From: Stenotrophomonas sp.
GTDB taxonomy: Bacteria > Pseudomonadota > Gammaproteobacteria > Xanthomonadales > Xanthomonadaceae
Assembly: GCA_003248565.1 (NCBI GenBank)
Contig: QFOV01000006.1
Location: 15,066 to 79,065, forward strand
DNA: 64,000 nucleotides
Direction: 5' to 3'
In this document: positions 9,512-17,423 of the stretch, piece after piece
Layout of the letters: each line of letters opens with the position of its first letter
Position numbering within the stretch: position 1 is the first letter of the stretch
Notes under the pieces: model-generated
What the model was told of the DNA's origin: nothing
Databases searched by the model: none
What the model saw: the letters and a program-made list of their open reading frames with translations, nothing else
Translations under genes and position numbers: made by a program

Positions 9512-10582
9512 GTGACAGAAATATGGTACGGGCAGGCCTGCGGCCAGCCTTCGCAGGAATACCGGCAGCGCGCCCTGCTGCGCCAGCGCCAGCTGACCAA
9601 GCCGGAAGGCGCCCTGGGTCGTTTGGAGACATTGGCCGTTGAACTGGCTGCGCTGCAAGGCGTGGATCAGCCGGTGGCGCAGCGTGTGCCGGTGGTGGTG
9701 TTCGCAGGCGACCACGGCGTGACCGCGCAGGGCGTGTCGGCTTACCCGGCCGAAGTGACGGTGCAGATGCTGCACAACTTCGCCGGCGGCGGTGCTGCCA
9801 TTGCGGTACTGGCGCGTGAACTGGGCCTGCCACTGCACGTATGGGACGTAGGCAGCCGCGCTACCACAGCGATTGCCGGCGTGGTCAGTGCCAAGACCCT
9901 GCATGGTACTGCTGACTTCAGCGCAGGCCCGGCGATGTCGGCAGTCGATCTGGACGCTGCCTTCGATGCGGGTCGCTGCGCGGTGGAGGCTGTCTGTGCC
10001 GATGGTGCGGATTTGTTGGTGTTCGGCGAGATGGGCATCGGCAACACCACCGCTGCGAGTGCCATCGCTGCCGTGCTTGGCCCGTTGCCATTGGACGAGT
10101 TGGTTGGCGCCGGTACTGGCCTGGACGCGGTGCGCATGGTGCAGAAGAAGAATCTGATCGCACGCGCGCTGAGCCTGCATGGTGACGCGATCAACACGGC
10201 CGAGTCGCCCGCGTACGAAGCATTGCAACGTGTAGGTGGATTGGAGATCGCAGCGATCAGCGCGGCGATGATCGCCGCAGCACAGCGACGTATTCCAGTG
10301 TTGGTGGATGGCTTCATCGTCTCTGCTGCGGCATTGGCAGCAGTACGCATCAATCCCAGCCTGCGGCCATGGCTGCTGTTCTCGCACCAGTCTGCCGAGC
10401 GTGGTCACATCCGTCTGCTGGAGGCATTGCAGGCGCAGCCGCTGCTGTCATTGGACCTGCGTCTTGGTGAAGGCTCCGGTGCCGCGCTCGCGTTGCCGCT
10501 GGTGCGCATGGCCTGCGCCCTGCACAACAGCATGGCGACGTTCGCCGAGGCAGCTGTTGCCGACCGCGGTGGCGGCCGATGA
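9512..10582 (+). CDS. cobT: Nicotinate-nucleotide--dimethylbenzimidazole phosphoribosyltransferase
   Basis: LTKPEGALGRLE, FAGDHGV, GEMGIGNTT, VDGFI, LRLGEGSGA. Confidence 0.95.
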   Translation: MTEIWYGQACGQPSQEYRQRALLRQRQLTKPEGALGRLETLAVELAALQGVDQPVAQRVPVVVFAGDHGVTAQGVSAYPAEVTVQMLHNFAGGGAAIAVLARELGLPLHVWDVGSRATTAIAGVVSAKTLHGTADFSAGPAMSAVDLDAAFDAGRCAVEAVCADGADLLVFGEMGIGNTTAASAIAAVLGPLPLDELVGAGTGLDAVRMVQKKNLIARALSLHGDAINTAESPAYEALQRVGGLEIAAISAAMIAAAQRRIPVLVDGFIVSAAALAAVRINPSLRPWLLFSHQSAERGHIRLLEALQAQPLLSLDLRLGEGSGAALALPLVRMACALHNSMATFAEAAVADRGGGR

Positions 10583-11166
10583 TTCTTGATCTGATGCGGC
10601 ATGCCTCCACCGGGCGGGCCGGCCACCTCGACGGTCGTACCGATCCGCCCTTGATCGAAGGCGCGATGGACACGCTGTACCGCAGCCACGCAGGCATTGG
10701 CTGGAGCCGGGTGATCACGTCGCCGCGTCGGCGCGCGCTGGATACCGCGCATGCATTGGTGGCTGGCAGCAACCAGTTCTGCGAGATCCACCCGGATTGG
10801 GCCGAGCTCGACTTCGGCGATTGGGACGGACTGCATTTCGATGAAGTTCCAGCCGAGCAGCTTGCTGGCTTCTACAGCGAACCGCACGATGTGGTGCCGC
10901 CCAACGGCGAATCCTGGCAGCAGTTCCAGGCGCGTGTGGAAGAACAGCTGCATCGTTTGGTGGACGAAGACGATTGTGACGGCCAGCCGGTGCTGGTGGT
11001 CAGCCACGCCGGCGTGTTGCGGCTGGTGGTGTCGCGCGTCTGTGGGATGAGCTTGTCCTCGCTGTGGGCGATGCGCATCGATTACGGCACCCGTGTGCGC
11101 CTGCGCGTGGAGCGTGGCGAAGACGGCCAGTTGTGGGGTGAACTGCTGGAGTTGCGACAACCATGA
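10579..11166 (+). CDS. cobC: Histidine phosphatase family protein (alpha-ribazole phosphatase CobC-like)
   Basis: RHA motif, ELDFGDWDG, PPNGES, VVSHAGV; lies between cobT and cobS. Confidence 0.8.
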   Translation: MILDLMRHASTGRAGHLDGRTDPPLIEGAMDTLYRSHAGIGWSRVITSPRRRALDTAHALVAGSNQFCEIHPDWAELDFGDWDGLHFDEVPAEQLAGFYSEPHDVVPPNGESWQQFQARVEEQLHRLVDEDDCDGQPVLVVSHAGVLRLVVSRVCGMSLSSLWAMRIDYGTRVRLRVERGEDGQLWGELLELRQP

Positions 11167-11915
11167 TTGGACGCCGCCTGATCCTTGCCATTCAATTCCT
11201 GACCCGGCTGCCGACACCGCAGGTGCGCGACTTCCGCCAGGAGGACCTGAGCAGGTCGGCGGTGTACTACCCCTTGGTTGGCGCCATCATTGGCGTCCTG
11301 CTGGCGCTGCCGCTGTATGGCCTGTCGGATCGGCCTTGGCTGGCGGGTGCGCTGACCTTGTTGCTGTGGGTATGGGTGACTGGCGCGCTGCATCTGGATG
11401 GCCTGGGCGATGTTGCCGATGCCTTCGGTGCCGCCCATCGCAACCCGCAGCGCTTCCTGGAGGTGCTCAAGGACCCGCATATGGGCGTGTTCGGCGTGGT
11501 CGCGCTGATCATGCAGCTGCTGCTCAAGTTCGTGCTGTTGACCGAGCTTGCGGTGGGCCCGTTGTGGTTCGGCATCGTGCTGGTGCCGGCGTGGGCACGC
11601 TGGGGCACCCTGTGGTGGAGCCAGCGCATACCGTCGCTGCATGGTGATGGTATGGGTGAGCGCTTTTCCTGGCAGCTGCGACCGTCGGCGATGTGGGCGT
11701 GGGCAGTGTTGCTGGCCGCGATCAGCGTGGTGTTTGCATGGCCGCTGTTGATTGCATTGCTGCTGGTACCGCTGGTAGCGCTGTGGTGGAAGCGCAAGCT
11801 TGGTGGGATCTCCGGCGATGGCCTGGGTGCCAGCGTCGAAGTAGTGGAGACCTTGCTGATGCTGGCGCTGGTGGTCCTCGCACCGCTGCCCGTAGACATT
11901 GTGGGAGCGGCGTAA
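11163..11915 (+). CDS. cobS: Adenosylcobinamide-GDP ribazoletransferase (cobalamin synthase)
   Basis: QFLTRLP, TGALHLDGLGDVAD, KDPHMGVFG, GGISGDGLGA. Confidence 0.93.
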   Translation: MIGRRLILAIQFLTRLPTPQVRDFRQEDLSRSAVYYPLVGAIIGVLLALPLYGLSDRPWLAGALTLLLWVWVTGALHLDGLGDVADAFGAAHRNPQRFLEVLKDPHMGVFGVVALIMQLLLKFVLLTELAVGPLWFGIVLVPAWARWGTLWWSQRIPSLHGDGMGERFSWQLRPSAMWAWAVLLAAISVVFAWPLLIALLLVPLVALWWKRKLGGISGDGLGASVEVVETLLMLALVVLAPLPVDIVGAA

Positions 11916-11997
11916 GCCGCGAAGCCACCGCTGCATCCGGAATCATGCAGTGCGCGATCTGAAGAATGGCCAGCTTCACGGCTAACGCCGTTCCCAC
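11901..11997. repeat. Inverted REP pair (family B, GTRGGAGCGGCGTAAGCCGCGAAGC)
   Basis: Same element at 23912-24028; a half copy lies at ~13639-13659. Confidence 0.8.
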
Positions 11998-12015
11998 AAA
12001 AGCCTCTGGTGAGGC

Positions 12016-12375
12016 TCAGTCCTCGAAGCGGATCTCGCTGGCTTCTTCTTCATCAGCTTCGGCCTGCATATGCGTTTCATGCACCGGCCCGGCCTGTTGG
12101 CCTGCACGCGTGGTGGGCAGCGCGCCAACGGCGACTTCGTACTCGGCGACCAGCTGCTGGCGACGCGCCTCGGGTATTTCCTGCCAATGGCAGCCGACCA
12201 AGGCGCCTTCAAGCGAATACAGCAGGTTGAGGCTGGGCTTGAAGCCGGCGCGGCGCACCTTCATGAACGCTGCGACCGGGCCGATCGCGCTCAGGTCCTG
12301 CTCGCTGCGCAAACCGACCTGACGCAGCCAGGCTGCACTCTTGGGGCCGATGTTGCGTAGCTTGGGGGCGCTCAT
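12016..12375 (-). CDS. TfoX/Sxy C-terminal domain protein
   Basis: LRNIGPKSAAWLRQVG...SLNLLYSLEGAL...HWQ. Confidence 0.82.
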   Translation of the reverse strand: MSAPKLRNIGPKSAAWLRQVGLRSEQDLSAIGPVAAFMKVRRAGFKPSLNLLYSLEGALVGCHWQEIPEARRQQLVAEYEVAVGALPTTRAGQQAGPVHETHMQAEADEEEASEIRFED

Positions 12376-12854
12376 TGCAGCGCCTCGACAAACACCTGGG
12401 CGATGGCTTCCAGCCCCAGCTGGTCGTCGGCGTCGAAACGCGCGAGCACCGGGCTGTCGATGTCGAATACGCCAATCAACGTGCCGTTGTTGACCAGGGG
12501 CACGACCAGTTCCGAGCGCGAGGCCGAGTCGCAGGCGATATGGCCGGGGAACGCATCCACATCCTCGATGCGCTGGGTCTGGCGGCTGCTGGCAGCGGCG
12601 CCACACACGCCCTTGGACAGCGGAATGCGCACGCAGGCCGGCAAGCCCTGGAACGGGCCAACCACCAATTCCTTGCCGTCGTAGAAGTAGAAACCCACCC
12701 AGTTGAGCTGCGGCAGCGCGTGGTAGACCAGTGCCGACAGGTTGGCAGCATTGGCAACGCGGTCTGCTTCGCCATGGACCAGAGCGCGGGCCTGGGCCAG
12801 CAGCTGGGCGTATTGTTCCGGCTTGCTGCCGGTGAGGGTGTCGGTGTTGAACAT
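12372..12854 (-). CDS. msrC: GAF-domain free methionine-(R)-sulfoxide reductase
   Basis: NWVGFY, GPFQGLPACVRI, GVCG, HIACDSASRSELVVP, DIDSP. Confidence 0.9.
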   Translation of the reverse strand: MFNTDTLTGSKPEQYAQLLAQARALVHGEADRVANAANLSALVYHALPQLNWVGFYFYDGKELVVGPFQGLPACVRIPLSKGVCGAAASSRQTQRIEDVDAFPGHIACDSASRSELVVPLVNNGTLIGVFDIDSPVLARFDADDQLGLEAIAQVFVEALQ

Positions 12855-12943
12855 CAGGAGAGTCTAGCCGCTGCGTGGTCGTCGATTTTGCCAGCCGCTG
12901 CCGCCGAGCGCAGCCATCGGCAATGGAATGCTGGATCGCAGGC

Positions 12944-13009
12944 AAAAAAAGACCCGGCAGCGGGAGGGAGCTACCGGGTCTGGGATTGCGCGGGGGAGGG
13001 ACCGCGCAA
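12944..13009 (-). terminator. Twin hairpin plus U7 terminator downstream of the phasin gene (candidate 3' UTR sRNA)
   Basis: Minus strand: UUGCGCGG-UCCCUCCC-CCGCGCAA...GACCCGGUAGC-UCCCUCCC-GCUGCCGGGUC-UUUUUUU. Confidence 0.8.
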
Positions 13010-13026
13010 ATTCTGTTGTCTGGGTA

Positions 13027-13380
13027 TCAGCGCGTCTTGCGCTCGGGTTTGGCAGCGAAAGGCTGGCGAACCAATGCGCCCAATGCCTCGCCGGTCTTCA
13101 GGCTGAGCCCGACCACTTCCTGGTTGGCATTGGCCAGTCGTTCCATGTTCTCGCGTGCCAGCTGCATGCCCTTGGGCAGCAGCGCCTGCAGATCCGCCTG
13201 CGCGCCGGCCTGGGCCAGTTCGCCGAAGAAGCCAGCCGCAGCCGTGGTGTTGCGCTCGAACGCGCGCAGCTGCACGCCAAACACGCTTTCAGCATTTTCC
13301 AAGGCGAGCCGGTTGGCACGGTTGGCAGCAGCGGCGAGCTGCTGGGTGTAGCTGCTGAAGTCGTTGAACTGAGCGGACAT
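13027..13380 (-). CDS. Phasin-family (PHA granule-associated) protein
   Basis: Small amphipathic helical protein, ANRLALENAESVFGVQL; start MSAQF. Confidence 0.7.
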   Translation of the reverse strand: MSAQFNDFSSYTQQLAAAANRANRLALENAESVFGVQLRAFERNTTAAAGFFGELAQAGAQADLQALLPKGMQLARENMERLANANQEVVGLSLKTGEALGALVRQPFAAKPERKTR

Positions 13381-13471
13381 CAAGGTGATCCGGCGGGCTT
13401 GTTGCGTTGCAGCATAACGCGGAATTGGCGCGGTGCAACATAAAATTCTGAACTGTTCAGAACTCGTCTCT

Positions 13472-13756
13472 GTAGCGCCGAGCCATGCTCGGCTGGGGCG
13501 TTCCCGGTAAGGCCTCTGCCGAGCATGGCTCGGCACTACCGCGCTCGTTTGCCGCAGACGAGCGCCCCCTCCCTTTGCCGCAGGCAAGGGGAGGGTTGGG
13601 GAGGGGTTGGCTTTGGGGCTCCATGCATGGGCCAACGTCGCGGCTTACGCCGCTCCCACAAGCGCCGGTGCATGGTGGGGGAAGCCATGTAGAGCCGAGC
13701 CATGCTCGGCTGAGGCGTTCCCGGTAAAGCTCCTGCCGAGCATGGCTCGGCACTAC
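13472..13756. repeat. REP mosaic: two inverted pairs of family A (GTAGNGCCGAGCCATGCTCGGC) flanking a BoxC-like palindrome and a family B half copy
   Basis: Copies at 13472-13493/13518-13539 and 13689-13710/13735-13756. Confidence 0.88.
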
Positions 13757-13766
13757 GAGGTTGCTA

Positions 13767-14123
13767 TCAGGCGCCCTTGTAGCTGCAGCCGGAGGTGCAG
13801 GTTTCGTGCACGACTACTTCGCTGAGCAGCGGCAGTGCCGGCTTCAGCTTTTCCCAGATCCACATCGCCAGGCGTTCGCTGGTGGGGTTCTCCAGGCCGG
13901 GGATGTCGTTGAGGTAGTTGTGGTCGAGCTGGTCGTAGAGCGGCTGGAAGGCGGCCTTCAGATCGCTGAAGTCCATGATCCAGCCGGTCTCCGGGCCGGG
14001 TTCGCCGCTGACCCGCAGTTCCACGCGGAACGAGTGGCCGTGCAGGCGCGAGCACTTGTGGCCGACCGGGACGTTGGGCAGCCGGTGTGCGGCTTCGAGG
14101 GTGAAAACCTTGAAAATATCCAT
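13767..14123 (-). CDS. queD: 6-carboxytetrahydropterin synthase
   Basis: [37 protein letters not shown]. Confidence 0.95.
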   Translation of the reverse strand: MDIFKVFTLEAAHRLPNVPVGHKCSRLHGHSFRVELRVSGEPGPETGWIMDFSDLKAAFQPLYDQLDHNYLNDIPGLENPTSERLAMWIWEKLKPALPLLSEVVVHETCTSGCSYKGA

Positions 14124-14307
14124 GGGCGTAATTGTAGGGTGCCGCCGTCGCTGCGCGTATGCGCCAGTGATGCCAGTCATATTTTCATATCCATCCGGAT
14201 GGAGCGATGTAACGGATGGTTATGTGCGAATGCAACAAAGTGATTGGCCGGACATTTGCCGTTCATGAGGTACTGGCGCCGTTGTCATTCACCTCTCCCC
14301 GGATTCC

Positions 14308-16938
14308 ATGCCTACTCGCTCCTTGCTCGCCTTCGCGGTGGCCGCTGCCATCGCTGCTCCTTCCCTCGCCCTGGCCGAAGCCGCTGCCGATGGCAGCAAG
14401 ACCCTCGATGCGGTCCGTGTCACCGGCTCCAACATCAAGCGCACCGATACCGAGACCGCCAACCCGGTGCAGGTGATCGAACGCCAACAACTGGAGCAGA
14501 CCGGCAAGGCCAGCGTGGCTGACCTGCTGCGTTCGATCTCTGCCAACACCGGCAACGCCAGCAACGAAACCAGCAACAGCGGTTGGGCCTCGGGCTCGGC
14601 CGGCATCGGCCTGCGCGGCCTGTCGCAGAAGAACACGCTGGTGCTGCTCAATGGTCGCCGTCTGGCCAATTACGGCTTCCCGTCCGGCGGTCTGTCGGAC
14701 ACCTTCGTCGACCTCAACGCGCTTCCCCTCGTGGCGGTGGAACGCATCGAAGTGCTGAAGGACGGCGCCTCGGCGGTATACGGCTCCGATGCAGTCGCCG
14801 GCGTGGTCAACATCATCACCCGGCAGAACTTTGAAGGCGCCGAAGTCGGCGTCAGCGGCGGCACCTCCGAAGCCGGTGGGCTGGATCAGCAGAATCTCAA
14901 GTTCGTCGGCGGCCTCGGCGACCTGGACCGCGATGGTTACAACATCCTGGTGTCGCTGGAAGGCTATAACCGCGACCGACTGGACCAGGACCAGCGCGAC
15001 CTGACCCGCTCGGGCATCTATACCGACAAGGCCGGTGGCCGCTGGAACGGCTGGTCGGCCAAGGGCGCGCGTTATCTGATTGATGGCAAGTCGGTGCCGA
15101 TGCTGGACGCCGCCGGCAACTGCCCGGAAGGCACGGTACTCACCGCCAGCGCACCGATCGATGGCCTGGCCGGAGACACCTGCGCCTTCAACCAGGCGCC
15201 GTATACCACGCTGATCCCGTCGACCAAGCGCTGGCAGGCCTATGTCAACGGCACGCTGCGCATCAATGATTCGGTGGAAGCCTTCGCCGATGTGATCTAC
15301 AGCGACATCAAGGGTGTGTCGTGGTTCGGCTCCAGCCCGTTCTTCACCCTGGAAAGTGGCCGTTTCGCGCTCAACGCCGATACCGGCCTGGCCGAGCCGG
15401 TGCGTTCGACCCTGCCGGCAGGCAATCCGTACAACCCGTACGGCGTGGACGTGCCGATCGAATACACCTTCTTCAACCTCGGCGGCACCATCAAGACCAA
15501 TCGTTCGCGTTCCTATCGCGGCGTGCTTGGCCTGCGCGGGCAGACCGAGAAGTGGGACTGGGAAGTCGGCGCTTTCCAGGCGGCCAGCAAGCAGCGCGAG
15601 ACCGTCTCGGGCGGCTTTGCCAATCGCTGGACGCTGTATGACGCACTGGCCAGCGGCAGCTACAACCTGCTCAATCCGTCAGCGACGGATCCGGCGGTGC
15701 TTGCAGCGATTGGCCTGAGCACGCTGCGCCCGGCCGAATCGGTGCTCAAGGGTGTCGATGCCAAGGTGTCCGGTACTTTGGGTGCAACCTGGGCGGGCGA
15801 GATTGGCTTCGCCGCCGGTGCCGAATGGCGTCAGGAGAAGCTCGATTCAAACAATCCCTGGCAGATCGATGCAGGCCTGCAGGTGCGCCCGGCGATCGCC
15901 GAAGTGCACGGCCAGCGCCAGGTCAGCGCCGCCTATGCGGAAGTAAGCGTGCCGTTGCACAGCACACTGGAACTGCAGGCGGCCGCGCGTGCCGATCATT
16001 ACAGTGACTTCGGCAATGCGTTCTCGCCCAAGCTCGGCCTGCGCTGGCAGCCGCTGGATTGGTTGCTGGTGCGTGCCGCTGCCTCGCGTGGTTTCCGTGC
16101 GCCGTCGCTGTCGGAGAACTCGGCATCGACCAGCATCGCCTATGGCTCGGTGGTTGACCCGCACGATCCGGATGTTGCCGGTTCGCGCCAGAACCCGACC
16201 TTCTTCACCGTCGGCAACACCAACCTCGATCCGGAGCGCACGCGCAGCTTCAACGCCGGCTTCGTGTTGTCGCCGTGGCAGAACACCAACCTCAGCGTCG
16301 ATTACTACCGCATCAAGCTGGACAACCTGATCGGCACCGGCAACACCACCACGCTGGTGGCGGACAACAATCCGGCCGATGTGCTGCGTGACTCACGCGG
16401 CAAGTTGCTTGCGGTCTACAACCGTTACCAGAACCTGAGCCAGCTGGAGACCTCCGGCATCGACATCGAGCTGCGCCAGCGTTGGCAGACAGCAAGCGCA
16501 GGTGACTTCGGCCTGTCCTCGGCGCTGACCTATGTCATCGATTACAAGCGTCCGCAGGTTGTGGGCGGTCCGTTGGTGGATTACGCCGGCTCCAACCTCG
16601 GCCCGTCGTTGCCGGACACCAAGGCCACCACCACGCTGGATTGGGCCTTGGGTGATTGGCGCACCGCGCTGACCTGGTACTACACCAGCAGCTATGACCA
16701 GGAAGGCAGTGCCGCGGCGAAGGCCGTGCAGAAGGAGGTCGCCAGCTACAGCCAGTTCGATTTGTACCTGGGCTACACCGGCATCGACAAGCTGACCGTG
16801 TACGCAAAGGTGCAGAACATCGGTGACCGCCAGCCGCCGTACGACGCCACCTTCCCAGGCGTGCGCGCACCGTACGATTTCAGCCAGTACGACCTGCGTG
16901 GACGCTATTACACGCTGGGTTTTGATTACCGCTTCTAA
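14308..16938 (+). CDS. TonB-dependent receptor
   Basis: VRVTGSNIKR, ERIEVLKDGASAVYGSDAVAGVVNIIT, terminal YRF. Confidence 0.95.
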   Translation: MPTRSLLAFAVAAAIAAPSLALAEAAADGSKTLDAVRVTGSNIKRTDTETANPVQVIERQQLEQTGKASVADLLRSISANTGNASNETSNSGWASGSAGIGLRGLSQKNTLVLLNGRRLANYGFPSGGLSDTFVDLNALPLVAVERIEVLKDGASAVYGSDAVAGVVNIITRQNFEGAEVGVSGGTSEAGGLDQQNLKFVGGLGDLDRDGYNILVSLEGYNRDRLDQDQRDLTRSGIYTDKAGGRWNGWSAKGARYLIDGKSVPMLDAAGNCPEGTVLTASAPIDGLAGDTCAFNQAPYTTLIPSTKRWQAYVNGTLRINDSVEAFADVIYSDIKGVSWFGSSPFFTLESGRFALNADTGLAEPVRSTLPAGNPYNPYGVDVPIEYTFFNLGGTIKTNRSRSYRGVLGLRGQTEKWDWEVGAFQAASKQRETVSGGFANRWTLYDALASGSYNLLNPSATDPAVLAAIGLSTLRPAESVLKGVDAKVSGTLGATWAGEIGFAAGAEWRQEKLDSNNPWQIDAGLQVRPAIAEVHGQRQVSAAYAEVSVPLHSTLELQAAARADHYSDFGNAFSPKLGLRWQPLDWLLVRAAASRGFRAPSLSENSASTSIAYGSVVDPHDPDVAGSRQNPTFFTVGNTNLDPERTRSFNAGFVLSPWQNTNLSVDYYRIKLDNLIGTGNTTTLVADNNPADVLRDSRGKLLAVYNRYQNLSQLETSGIDIELRQRWQTASAGDFGLSSALTYVIDYKRPQVVGGPLVDYAGSNLGPSLPDTKATTTLDWALGDWRTALTWYYTSSYDQEGSAAAKAVQKEVASYSQFDLYLGYTGIDKLTVYAKVQNIGDRQPPYDATFPGVRAPYDFSQYDLRGRYYTLGFDYRF

Positions 16939-17065
16939 TTGAAAGCCCGCAGTGCTTTAGCCCCTCTCCCGTTTACGGGGTGAGTGGGGCAGATTGCGAA
17001 CCACCGGTTCGCTGCCCGTCGAACGCCCTTGCGCCAGCGCAAGGGCCGGGGCGCGGAGCGGGGGG

Positions 17066-17360
17066 TGGGGTGAGGGCAGTTTTTGAAGCATTACCGGGAA
17101 AGCCTCTGCCGAGCATGGCTCGGCACTACAGGCCCTGCTCTTGCTCAAAGCCCCTCTCCCGCATGCGGGAGAGGGGTTGGGGTGAGGGCAGCTTTTGGAG
17201 CATTACCGGGAAAGCCTCTGCCGAGCATGGCTCGGCACTACAGGCCCCGCTCTTGCTCAAAGCCCCTCTCCCGCTTGCGGGAGAGGGGTTGGGGTGAGGG
17301 CAGCTCTGCCGCGCTGGAACCATGCCGGTAAGGCTTCTGCCGAGCGTGGCTCGGCACTAC
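17066..17360. repeat. ~112-bp tandem composite repeat (REP family A plus BoxC-like palindrome), ~2.6 units
   Basis: TGGGGTGAGGGCAG recurs at 17066, 17178 and 17290. Confidence 0.88.
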
Positions 17361-17423
17361 ATGTTTCGCTTTTTCATTCGAAGTCCCGCAACAACGTTCA
17401 TGCAATAGGGGAGTGCTCCATCC

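Noticed and set aside
17066..17360. Possible CRISPR array
   Set aside because: The intervening segments are near-identical rather than unique spacers, the units are REP/BoxC-like, and no cas genes are present
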